64,000 nt of DNA. Source: a virus. A model generated the notes under the pieces. The model saw only the letters and a program-made list of their open reading frames with translations, had not been told where the DNA came from and did no database searches. Location: UHGV virus genome UHGV-0116877. One strand, given 5' to 3'. Made by a program: the position numbers and the translations under genes. Positions 26,579-35,331 of the stretch are shown here, in pieces (the stretch's first letter is position 1; each line of letters opens with the position of its first letter).

Positions 26579-26836
26579 TTAAGAGTAAAAATTTGTGGTT
26601 CGTCCATCATAAAAATACCTCCATTTTTCGCACGAGTTATCAGACCCTTTTCTTTCGCATCCGTAAAAATAAGAATTTTTATTTGTGCATTTTTGAGTCT
26701 TAACATTGAAATACTTACAGTATGTGCAATTTGTGGATTGCTGCGGCGACCGAGAGGTTCCAAAAAATAGTAGTGCTGCTATACAAATAAGAAGAATTGC
26801 TGCAATTATTTGTATTAGCATTACTAAAACCTCCAA
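26579..26836 (-). CDS. small membrane-anchored Cys-rich protein
   Basis: N-terminal TM; CTYC...C...C. Confidence 0.6.
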   Translation of the reverse strand: MEVLVMLIQIIAAILLICIAALLFFGTSRSPQQSTNCTYCKYFNVKTQKCTNKNSYFYGCERKGSDNSCEKWRYFYDGRTTNFYS

Positions 26837-26909
26837 AATAACAAAAGGGATAATAATATCCCTTTTAAAAAAATTATATCAAAATTTTCAAGAAAAGTCA
26901 AGATTTTAA

Positions 26910-27134
26910 TTATTCGTCTTTTACCCACTTTCTAATAGAGGTATAAATATCGCTATTTGAAATACAGTAAAGATTATCCCATTCTGTCGCAGCCAGAGTG
27001 CCAATAAAGCTCTTTGCACTTACCCTATATCCACGACCATCTTCGAGAATAACATCTCCGCTAATTTTCGAGACAGCTTCAACGAAATTAGTACAATCAC
27101 TCATAGTTACAAGTTCAATTTTATATCTTCCCAT
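26910..27134 (-). CDS. HPr-like protein
   Basis: FVEAVS...V...G.RVSAKSFIG HPr-fold motif, no His15. Confidence 0.7.
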   Translation of the reverse strand: MGRYKIELVTMSDCTNFVEAVSKISGDVILEDGRGYRVSAKSFIGTLAATEWDNLYCISNSDIYTSIRKWVKDE

Positions 27135-27379
27135 TATTCTTCCTCCATAACTAAACTAAAAATATTATCAACAGGGCCATGAACATGAAAGAATTCCGTG
27201 TGATTTCCTACATCAATTTTCATAACTCCAGGAGCGGACTTCCACATACGAGAGTAATAAGACTTATAGTTATGTTTATCAAGAAAATACTTTATAACTT
27301 CATTTACAGTATGGAAATCCGTGCAATTAGCCAAAAATTCATCTTCACCATTTGAACGACGAAAATATACATCAAACAT
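27134..27379 (-). CDS. conserved phage protein
   Basis: YYSRMW...IDVGNHTEFF. Confidence 0.8.
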   Translation of the reverse strand: MFDVYFRRSNGEDEFLANCTDFHTVNEVIKYFLDKHNYKSYYSRMWKSAPGVMKIDVGNHTEFFHVHGPVDNIFSLVMEEE

Positions 27380-27422
27380 ACAAATTCTCCTTTCACTTTA
27401 TAATACTATTATATCACACTAA

Positions 27423-27887
27423 TTAAATTTTGTAAAGAACTACATCATTGTCTTTAAAGATATTACAAATCATTGGATAAACAACTTTATCCCAGTCGCC
27501 GCCACCGCGCCCGCATCCTATTTTATAGGGCATTGCAATAGGCATACGACTCTTTCTTGCTAGTCCCATAAAACACATTTCAAGAGCATCATAGTCTGTA
27601 TATTGTTTATCTCTACCATATCCATCTTGAGCAAACATATTCACGATAATTTTCTTATCTTTCGGAACTGTAACATATTGATTACAACCAAGTAATTCAG
27701 AAGTGTTTTCTTTTACAGTATCACAAATTTTTCTATATTCTTCATAAACAATAGGAAATTTATTCCGAATTGCTCTTGCGGCGCCCGAACCCATAACCCC
27801 TTTGCAATTCACTTGATGCGCAATTATCTGTTCTTTTGCAGAAACAATATTGCCATTAACAATTTTAATCATTATTCTCACTCCCAT
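27423..27887 (-). CDS. macrodomain (Appr-1-p/DarG-like ADP-ribose processing) protein
   Basis: GNI...IAHQVNCKGVMGSGAA..I...IAMPYKIGCGRGGGDW. Confidence 0.92.
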   Translation of the reverse strand: MGVRIMIKIVNGNIVSAKEQIIAHQVNCKGVMGSGAARAIRNKFPIVYEEYRKICDTVKENTSELLGCNQYVTVPKDKKIIVNMFAQDGYGRDKQYTDYDALEMCFMGLARKSRMPIAMPYKIGCGRGGGDWDKVVYPMICNIFKDNDVVLYKI

Positions 27888-27969
27888 TTATTTTATTATA
27901 TCACACTATAAAATAAAAGTCAATAAAAAGAAGCGCCATTTCTGGCGCTTAATTTTTATAAATTTATCT

Positions 27970-28857
27970 TTAATATATTCCCAAAATTTCCTTTACTTTC
28001 TCGTTGCATAGACGATTCAATTCCTTGAAATTGATAGTTGGATTCTTAAAAGCCTTTACGAAATGATAAGACTCTTCTGTAATTAAAGTATGCCAAACAG
28101 TAGACAGAAGTCTCCCGATATGTTTAGACTCCCATACTCCAACTTCATTTTCAATTTTTGCCTTCTCTTTTTGTACGACAGCCTCAGTAATATACTTTTT
28201 AATAATTGCCTGCTCTACCTCATTCAGACCGACTATCTTCGGTTTTGAGGTGCCTTTCTGTTTATGAAATTCACTTCTAACAATTTTTGCCCAGGTCTGG
28301 CGGCCATAGCGATTACGGTATCCGTAATTTTTAATTACAATACCTTCCCCAATTTCGTCTCCCTGCATGAGATAATGATTGCTTTCAAGTAGCTTCATCA
28401 ACTGCTCAGTAGTTGGATTTTCAATCTTATCAAGAGGGTCAATTACAGTAATACCATAGCTCTTGAGAAGAGGAGCAAAAGTTTCATAGGGAAGATAGAC
28501 AAATCCTTCTCCATTTTCTACTGCGACATCGAAGACATACGGCTTTCTCCATGCGTCAACTTCATAATTCTTGATAGTATGAGGTACAAGCCACTCAAAG
28601 AAAATATGGTGTTCCACATGGTCAGCGAGATAGCCGCAAATATTCTCATTTTCAAGAATAGCTTTCGCACATCCAGCGTTGTCATCTTCTGGAGTAATAA
28701 ACCTCTTGCGGCTACCTACAAAGATAGTATTCCCATCTGACCATGCTTGACCGTTGGTTCCATCCAACTTAGGGTAGACATAAACTTCTCCATTCAAAAT
28801 ACCTTCAACCTCAGGAGTGCCAAGTCTTTCGATATGCTGATATCCTTTATACTCCAC
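27970..28857 (-). CDS. ATP-dependent RNA ligase (Rnl2-like)
   Basis: KLDGTN, FFEW, VFD, EGIVIK, AKIV nucleotidyltransferase motifs; GTG start. Confidence 0.85.
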   Translation of the reverse strand: MEYKGYQHIERLGTPEVEGILNGEVYVYPKLDGTNGQAWSDGNTIFVGSRKRFITPEDDNAGCAKAILENENICGYLADHVEHHIFFEWLVPHTIKNYEVDAWRKPYVFDVAVENGEGFVYLPYETFAPLLKSYGITVIDPLDKIENPTTEQLMKLLESNHYLMQGDEIGEGIVIKNYGYRNRYGRQTWAKIVRSEFHKQKGTSKPKIVGLNEVEQAIIKKYITEAVVQKEKAKIENEVGVWESKHIGRLLSTVWHTLITEESYHFVKAFKNPTINFKELNRLCNEKVKEILGIY

Positions 28858-28858
28858 T

Positions 28859-29038
28859 TTATTTTCTCCTTTCAAACAAAATAAGAACAGTTGTTAGAGA
28901 ACGAGAAACCGCCTGTCCGATAGAACAGGTAGACATTTGAACATCAATAAGATTTATTCCGCCCTGTTTAAGAAAATCATTCATTTCTGTCTGAACCATT
29001 TTTGGGTCGCCATGAAAAATCTTCGTCTCCATACTCAT
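28859..29038 (-). CDS. 59-aa hypothetical protein (not in ORF track)
   Basis: AAGGAG RBS and upstream promoter; MSMETKIFHGDPKMVQ... Confidence 0.65.
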   Translation of the reverse strand: MSMETKIFHGDPKMVQTEMNDFLKQGGINLIDVQMSTCSIGQAVSRSLTTVLILFERRK

Positions 29039-29105
29039 TCTCCTTTCCGAACTCTATAATAATTATATCACTATATTTGAAAAAAGTCAATAAAAAAAGA
29101 GCTGG

Positions 29106-29459
29106 TTAAACCAGCTCTTCTTTATTAGCATCTTTCTTTTCAATCTTATGAATTACGTCATAGATATAACCTGCTCCACCGCTTACCAAGATACCATTAA
29201 CAATATGATTTACTGCTGTTGGAACTTCATATCCAAGGGCGCCAAATAGAGAAATTGGCTGCGCAATAGCAAACATAAGACCGATGCCACAAGCGAGGGA
29301 AATAAATTGCATTGGTGAAATATCAAATTTTACACCTTTTACTGAGAAAGAATATGTACCACCAAGAACAGGAATAATAGTCTTTACTCTTTCAAGAACT
29401 ACTTGAAGAAGGAAAGCTAATCCAGCCAACACCATAAGTACGCTAATAACTTCTGTCAT
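29106..29459 (-). CDS. holin-like membrane protein
   Basis: three TM segments, ...GILVSGGAGYIYD; AGGAGG RBS. Confidence 0.65.
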   Translation of the reverse strand: MTEVISVLMVLAGLAFLLQVVLERVKTIIPVLGGTYSFSVKGVKFDISPMQFISLACGIGLMFAIAQPISLFGALGYEVPTAVNHIVNGILVSGGAGYIYDVIHKIEKKDANKEELV

Positions 29460-29472
29460 TCAAAAACCTCCT

Positions 29473-29952
29473 TTAATCACTAATTTTTCCATGATGAATT
29501 ATAATAGCTTCATTAACTTTATTGACTAATCTTTGTTGAGATTCGTCAATTTTTTCTAGCTTATCTTCTGCTCTTAAAACAGAATCATTTAAAGTTTCTA
29601 ATGCTTGATTTGTTAATTGCGCGTGAGTATTTTGATTTTTTATTACTTCGGTATTATTTTCTATTGCTCTTGTACTATTCTCTAATGCTTTATCATATAA
29701 AGATGACACTCTTTCATTCTGTGCCCGATAGTCATCCATAATTTTAAAGAAGCTCTCCTTCTCAGCAGCACTATCTTTTTTAGCTTGACGACTTTCCTCT
29801 AGGATAGTGTTAATTAAATTATTCTGACTTTGCACTGACTTAGGTCTTTCTTTAATAAACCAGTACAAAAACACTCCAAAGAATAATAAAATTATAACAA
29901 GCTGTAATGGTGCCCCAAGGAAGGTTTCTATAAATTTTGGTATCTCGGTCAT
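29473..29952 (-). CDS. TM + coiled-coil protein (BhlA/holin-accessory-like)
   Basis: N-terminal TM then long heptad region. Confidence 0.55.
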   Translation of the reverse strand: MTEIPKFIETFLGAPLQLVIILLFFGVFLYWFIKERPKSVQSQNNLINTILEESRQAKKDSAAEKESFFKIMDDYRAQNERVSSLYDKALENSTRAIENNTEVIKNQNTHAQLTNQALETLNDSVLRAEDKLEKIDESQQRLVNKVNEAIIIHHGKISD

Positions 29953-30025
29953 TTATATCCCCTCCATCAATTCAAAGTGGAAAATTGTATCTAAAAATAC
30001 AAAAAAATAAGAGGGATACTCCCTC

Positions 30026-30331
30026 TTATTTACTGTTCTTTATAAGATAAGAAAGTCTTTCGTCAAGAACTTTAGCTAATTTTTCCGCTTCTGCTCTACT
30101 GTTAAAGTAAGCAGTTGGATATTTATGTCCTTTTCCTCTAAGTCCTGCGCCATAAACATCTCTTGCCATACGAAGATAAGAAGCATAAGTTAGCCCCATA
30201 ATTCTTGCATGGTAAACATTATAAGAGCCATCTGTCCACTTAAAATAATTATAATAAGAGTCAGTTCCAGAAATAATATAATGTCCATTATCATAAGGAG
30301 CATCAATGACCTTAAAATATTTCATTGTCAT
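30026..30331 (-). CDS. hypothetical protein (paralog of 31784-32086)
   Basis: ARIMGLTYASYLRMARDVYGA. Confidence 0.8.
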   Translation of the reverse strand: MTMKYFKVIDAPYDNGHYIISGTDSYYNYFKWTDGSYNVYHARIMGLTYASYLRMARDVYGAGLRGKGHKYPTAYFNSRAEAEKLAKVLDERLSYLIKNSK

Positions 30332-30332
30332 A

Positions 30333-30614
30333 TTAAAGCTCCTTCCATAATTCTTTTATTTCCTCTAATTCTTCTTCTGTTAATTTTGCCATATTACTAA
30401 TTTCTTCCTCTGATGGCCATGCTAATTCTTCTATTGGAGGAAGAGTTCCACTAAAAGAAACTCTTACTGTTGGATCAGGAGTATATTCCTCTTGAGTATA
30501 CTTCTTAACACTAGCAGGGGAGCATCCGACGGCCTTGGCAGTAGCAGAATAGGTTCCAAGTTCATTATATACTCGTCTAATTTCTGCAATTTTTTCTTCG
30601 CTTAATTTTGCCAT
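30333..30614 (-). CDS. HTH DNA-binding protein
   Basis: TYSATAKAVGCSPASVKKY. Confidence 0.75.
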   Translation of the reverse strand: MAKLSEEKIAEIRRVYNELGTYSATAKAVGCSPASVKKYTQEEYTPDPTVRVSFSGTLPPIEELAWPSEEEISNMAKLTEEELEEIKELWKEL

Positions 30615-30671
30615 TTCTTTCCCTCACTTTCTATAATAATTATATCATAGAATAGTAGTTTTGTCAATATA

Positions 30672-30702
30672 ACGAAAGGAGGACTTCCGAAGAAGCCCTC
30701 CC
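30672..30702 (-). terminator. intrinsic terminator after ncRNA
   Basis: GGAGGGCTTC-TTCG-GAAGTCCTCC-TTTCGTT. Confidence 0.8.
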
Positions 30703-30709
30703 CTATAGG

Positions 30710-31093
30710 AATGGTATCCAGTCAGCCTTGAGGACAACCTATCGGCCACTAATTCAATCCGAGAAACCTTTAATCAAGGATTTTATCTTGTTTAATCTTT
30801 GGGCACCCCAATATTTTACAAGTATATACAAATGTATCTGTTAAATATTGTGCCCTTCTCTTTCCATCTTTACGCTTTATACACTTTAATAAACTTTAAA
30901 GTTTAACCTTTGAACTTTAACCTTTAATCTTTAAGAACATTTGTAATACTTATCTATTATAAGTAATCGGGAGACAATCCCAATCTTCTTTTAACCAGAT
31001 TAACGGTCTGGAGCCTCAAAGGTGAGGCGTAAATTCATTATTATCGTATAATGAGAACGGAACTAGGTTCTAGGTTTTCGACTGAATACCATT
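30710..31093 (-). ncRNA. 384-nt structured ncRNA with UAAAG repeat tract
   Basis: 14-bp closing stem AATGGTATTCAGTC/GACTGGATACCATT, several hairpins, about 10 NAAAG repeats, terminator after. Confidence 0.75.
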
Positions 31094-31106
31094 GTGGTTA
31101 AGTTAA

Positions 31107-31733
31107 TTACCCTTCGAGGTCAACCTCGATAAAGGTATTAGAGTTAGACTCAGATAGAACATAGTCTACCTCTGTATTGAACTGGTCATTCTCTTTGGTC
31201 ATTTCCTCAATGACCGCGCGCAGATTGCTGGGGTCAAGCAAAACAACCTCATTGAGGTTCTTATAAGACTCTGTTAAAGAGTCAATAAGGTCTTTGTTGT
31301 TAAGCTCTTTTGTGGTGTTCTTAATGTAGTTTTCGAGGTTGGTCTGAAGATTATCCTCGTACATACGAACCTCACGGTCAGCACGATTGAACTGCGCTTT
31401 CAGCGTATTCACAACAGACATACGCATATTCATAAAGTTTTTACGCTCAATAGCATCAAGAACAGTCATCTCAACGCCACCGATAGTCACAAAAGTTTCC
31501 TCATTAGACTTGGCGATAGCAGACTTCAACACCTGACGATTGCGCATAAGTGCGCGAAGAGACTGGAGATTAGACTTCATCTCTTCTTTATATTTCTCAA
31601 TGTCGATACCGTGAACTTTTGCGATTCTCTTTTTAGAGGCAAGAACAAAATCCTTGTCCAGCAGGTCAACAATTTTCTTATCATACAGCTTAATCTCTCC
31701 GAGTGCGCGATGAATAGACATTTTAGTGTTCAT
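31107..31733 (-). CDS. coiled-coil protein resembling the DIP1984/DUF6847 (septicolysin-annotated) family
   Basis: MSIHRAL.E.K...I, LKSAIAKSN..T.V.I.G..MTV.DAI, C-terminal D..LSESN..T.I; codon usage suggests high expression. Confidence 0.65.
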   Translation of the reverse strand: MNTKMSIHRALGEIKLYDKKIVDLLDKDFVLASKKRIAKVHGIDIEKYKEEMKSNLQSLRALMRNRQVLKSAIAKSNEETFVTIGGVEMTVLDAIERKNFMNMRMSVVNTLKAQFNRADREVRMYEDNLQTNLENYIKNTTKELNNKDLIDSLTESYKNLNEVVLLDPSNLRAVIEEMTKENDQFNTEVDYVLSESNSNTFIEVDLEG

Positions 31734-31783
31734 TTCACATTTCTCCTTTAATCGTTTTTCTTTAACATATTTATTATACCATT

Positions 31784-32086
31784 TTATTCAGCTTTTGTCA
31801 AAAATTTAAAAATTCTCTTATTCAATTCTGTCAAATGTATGTCTAATTGCTTTGAGTTTTCAAAATAATAAGTTATATAGATATTTGCTACAATATATAA
31901 CTTAGCACCTTTTTCATCTCGTAAATATCTAAGATACTGCGCCGGAGTCATTTCCATTAAGCGACTTTCAAATATTATCTGTTCTTGGTGATTAAGATTA
32001 AGATATTTCCGATAGTCAATAGAAATACCACTTAATCGGTATTTATGAGAAAGTATTGATTCACGGTTTATAAAAAATTTTATCAT
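31784..32086 (-). CDS. hypothetical protein (paralog of 30026-30331)
   Basis: SRLMEMTPAQYLRYLRDEKGA. Confidence 0.75.
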   Translation of the reverse strand: MIKFFINRESILSHKYRLSGISIDYRKYLNLNHQEQIIFESRLMEMTPAQYLRYLRDEKGAKLYIVANIYITYYFENSKQLDIHLTELNKRIFKFLTKAE

Positions 32087-32097
32087 AGAAACTCCTT

Positions 32098-32173
32098 TGG
32101 TACTCGTTGACAGACTTGAACTGCCGACCTATCGGATGTAAGCCGATTGCTCTACCAACTGAGCTAAACGAGC
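32098..32173 (-). tRNA. tRNA-Val(TAC)
   Basis: ATCGG-CTTACAT-CCGAT, CCA end. Confidence 0.93.
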
Positions 32174-32426
32174 ATTTATCGTATAAATCTATTATACTAC
32201 GCACAAGCAGGAAAGTCAAATTTTTCACGATGCTTCTGCTTGCGCGTATAGGAACCTTTACCTTTTTTAATTTTACTAACTCCATGCCTTTTCTTGAAGT
32301 GCATATACATCTGCAATTCTTCAGGAGTTTTCTTAAACATTCTTTTGTCCATTTCTATCACCCTTTCTTATTATATTATATCATTATTTTTGAAAAAAGT
32401 CAAGGGAGCTAAAAGCTCCCTATCCT

Positions 32427-32507
32427 TTACTTGCCGCCTTTACCCTTCTTTTTCTTTGGAGTGCTGCCGGATTTACTTCCGCCGCCTCCGCCTCCGCATT
32501 TGGCCAT
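32427..32507 (-). CDS. 26-aa Gly/Lys-rich micro-peptide
   Basis: GAGGTG RBS; MAKCGGGGGGSKSGSTPKKKKGKGGK; hairpin after. Confidence 0.55.
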   Translation of the reverse strand: MAKCGGGGGGSKSGSTPKKKKGKGGK

Positions 32508-32520
32508 TATTATCACCTCT

Positions 32521-32715
32521 TTAGACTTCTACTTTAATGTATAGTCCGCAATGGCACTCTCCAAGTTCTTGGCTATTTAAAAATTCTTTACAAGGACACT
32601 TTGTATCTTCATTTTTAAAAAGAGAACAGGGACAATAACCATCATTCTCTTTTACTTTTTCTCGTATCTCTTTTGCTTTCTGAGTATCTGGATTAACTTT
32701 TATTTGCATTTTCAT
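32521..32715 (-). CDS. ferredoxin:thioredoxin reductase catalytic-subunit-like protein
   Basis: GYCPC...CPC...CHCGLY motif. Confidence 0.85.
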   Translation of the reverse strand: MKMQIKVNPDTQKAKEIREKVKENDGYCPCSLFKNEDTKCPCKEFLNSQELGECHCGLYIKVEV

Positions 32716-33211
32716 CGAAGAACCTCCCGTAGTAACAAGCATATTGATTATCACTAGCAAGATGAATTCCCAATACTTCATCATATCTACCAGGATTATT
32801 ACATTTATACCTGCCGTATTTTACAATTATATTCCCATAAGGAATAAGACTTTCTACTTGCTCGCAAATTTCATTACTATCATAGCCAGTATAAATTACG
32901 AAGGGGTCTTTAGTATATATTCTAAACTCTTTTATTAAATTTGTCAATTCTTCAAATTGAGAGAAAGGTTCCATACCGCCAACTACAATCGCTTTTGAAA
33001 TCGGATTATTTATATATTTATCAATTAAAGTTTTTATTTCCGTTTCAATAATCGGCGCGCGAGCCAAAGAGGAATTTTGACAGAAAGTAGCTCCTGTCAA
33101 ATCCTCTTTCTCGCATTTAAAATCGCAAAAGCAAGTAGCTAAAAACATTGAAGGGAGGCGGTAATTGAGAAAATCCTCTTCAATCAATCCTTTCAGTCTA
33201 ATTTTACTCAT
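32693..33211 (-). CDS. nrdG: anaerobic ribonucleotide reductase activase (radical SAM)
   Basis: C...C-variant cluster motif, GGMEP, IYTGY, KYGRY, ASDNQ; adjacent to nrdD. Confidence 0.85.
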   Translation of the reverse strand: MSKIRLKGLIEEDFLNYRLPSMFLATCFCDFKCEKEDLTGATFCQNSSLARAPIIETEIKTLIDKYINNPISKAIVVGGMEPFSQFEELTNLIKEFRIYTKDPFVIYTGYDSNEICEQVESLIPYGNIIVKYGRYKCNNPGRYDEVLGIHLASDNQYACYYGRFFDENANKS

Positions 33212-35120
33212 TGACTTTCTCCCATTCTCTTAATTTATACTCTGCTTTTCTATTTTTAGACCAGGTTTTAATTGGAGTATAAAAACCTACAATTCTTGTG
33301 TACTCTGTTTCAACGGGTCCACCACACTCTGGACAAACACTTCCGAAGAAAGCGTGATTATGTTTGCAGGCTTGAATTTTTACATTGAAAGCAAAATAAG
33401 TAAGACCTTGGTCTGCAATCCATTCTGTGAGCTGCCATGCTTTTTCAAAAGTATCAAATGGAGATTCAATATTGATATGAGCGATTGAACCACCGTTGCA
33501 ATAAGAATCAAAAGTAGATGCAATTCTTACTCTCTCTTGAATAGAAGTTTTAATGCCGAGAGGAATAAACTGATTACCGTAAAGTGGTAAATCATCTACA
33601 ACTGTTTCTGGATAAAGAAGAGTGTCTGCTTGCTGCATTTTGTTTGCCGCGGTTTCGCCAGGTACTTGTTCAAGGTTAATTTTATAATCCTTATCAAGAG
33701 CAAATTGGTCTTTGGTTTGATGAATAACTTTGAAAATTCTTTCCCCAAAACTCATAGCTTCATCTGTATAATAAGTATTACCAAACTCATCTTGTTTTGT
33801 ATATCCAAAGGTTTTCATTGTTTCATAAACACCAATTACTCCAACAGTAGAATAAAGATGTTCAAAATCAATCAAGCCTTTTGAGAAATTAGGTAGTAAT
33901 CCTTTCTCTACATTTCTTTCAATAATATGACGGACAACATCAAGAACTTTACAATCAAGTTCAACAAGCTCTTTTAAAGCAATTAAGTAATCTTGTTCTG
34001 TATTGTTTTCAAGAGCCAATCTTGCAAGATTAACAGTAGAAACTTTTACTGAACCTACTTTAAGAGCTGTTCCACCGATACTATTAAAGTATCCTAAATC
34101 ATCAATATTTGATTTAAGGCGACAACAGTTAGAAAGAGAAGTAACACTCTTATCAATAAATAGATTTGAATCTGCCCATTTCATATTATGTTTAATTCCC
34201 CATTGAGCGAACTCTTCATCTGCAAATTTACCATTCTCTCTCAAAAGAGAAATAGTTAAAACTGGGAAAGTCATCATATTATGAGAACGAATTTCTGATG
34301 TTTCCTCCATAAAAAGTTTTTGAAACTCTTTAATTTCATCAAGCTCGTCAATCATATAGCTTCCGTCTGGGAACTTCGCGCCACCAAAAAGAGCTTCAAG
34401 GTAAGGGCCATCAAAGACAGAAACATTAGTGAAAGCACTTTGCATACCATCTCTTACATAGGGCTGGTTAATAGCATAAACAAAACGCTGAATCTGCTGT
34501 CGGGCATAGTAATCAGGGCTTTTTGTAGCATATCCCTCTTCACAATCTTTCTTCCAAAAATAATAGATATAAGGAATAAGATTAGGTAATCCGCAGGCAC
34601 CAGAAGTTCTATTAGAGTTAAAACTAATAAACTCTTTAACAAAATCAATAAAAGTAGATAAGTGTTTCGGCGGCTCCGCATTAAAATTATTAAGGAAGAA
34701 AAGTCCTTTTTCTGCTAAATCTTTTAAATCATATGCAAAGCAATAAGGGATAAAAGTAGAAGTGTCTGCGTCGTGCATATATAATGCCTTTGTCCATTCT
34801 TTTTCGAGCCACTCATTTGCTGTCTTAAAACCATATTTTTTATTTAATTCATAATATATTTTATTATACGCGAGGAGTTTTCTATGTGGTTTCGGCATTT
34901 CATTCATAAGAGTTCTCATGTCTTTATTGCCAACATTAGCATTTCCATCTACACTTGCGTCAGCAACAGTTTCAGAGTCAATAAAATTATCAATAAAATC
35001 AGTATAACTTAATTGCTCATCTGCAAAACCATTTAATTTAGAAAACTCTTCTCCATATTTCTCCTGCATCCGATTAAAGGCGGTCGTAAAATTTTTATTC
35101 AATCTGATATTTACTTGCAT
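33204..35120 (-). CDS. nrdD: class III anaerobic ribonucleoside-triphosphate reductase (no ATP cone)
   Basis: YCFA, FTN, TFPV.T, SNCCRL, EQVPGE, Zn motif, TRIVGFY glycyl-radical loop. Confidence 0.95.
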   Translation of the reverse strand: MQVNIRLNKNFTTAFNRMQEKYGEEFSKLNGFADEQLSYTDFIDNFIDSETVADASVDGNANVGNKDMRTLMNEMPKPHRKLLAYNKIYYELNKKYGFKTANEWLEKEWTKALYMHDADTSTFIPYCFAYDLKDLAEKGLFFLNNFNAEPPKHLSTFIDFVKEFISFNSNRTSGACGLPNLIPYIYYFWKKDCEEGYATKSPDYYARQQIQRFVYAINQPYVRDGMQSAFTNVSVFDGPYLEALFGGAKFPDGSYMIDELDEIKEFQKLFMEETSEIRSHNMMTFPVLTISLLRENGKFADEEFAQWGIKHNMKWADSNLFIDKSVTSLSNCCRLKSNIDDLGYFNSIGGTALKVGSVKVSTVNLARLALENNTEQDYLIALKELVELDCKVLDVVRHIIERNVEKGLLPNFSKGLIDFEHLYSTVGVIGVYETMKTFGYTKQDEFGNTYYTDEAMSFGERIFKVIHQTKDQFALDKDYKINLEQVPGETAANKMQQADTLLYPETVVDDLPLYGNQFIPLGIKTSIQERVRIASTFDSYCNGGSIAHINIESPFDTFEKAWQLTEWIADQGLTYFAFNVKIQACKHNHAFFGSVCPECGGPVETEYTRIVGFYTPIKTWSKNRKAEYKLREWEKVNE

Positions 35121-35133
35121 TAAATCGCTCCTA

Positions 35134-35331
35134 TTATTGTTGGTTAATATAAGTATTTGCGGCTTTAAAATCAAGGTATTCATCATTAACCTTTAAAACA
35201 GGAACTACTGTCATACCTAATTCTTTCATAATCTCAGTGTCATTACATTCAGTAAACTCTATATGTTTTGCGTATAGTTTCTCTTTTAAAACCATACACT
35301 TTGGACAGTTTGTGCTATACAAAGTAATCAT
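35134..35331 (-). CDS. glutaredoxin/NrdH-like redoxin
   Basis: ITLYSTNCPKC...VPVL. Confidence 0.88.
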   Translation of the reverse strand: MITLYSTNCPKCMVLKEKLYAKHIEFTECNDTEIMKELGMTVVPVLKVNDEYLDFKAANTYINQQ

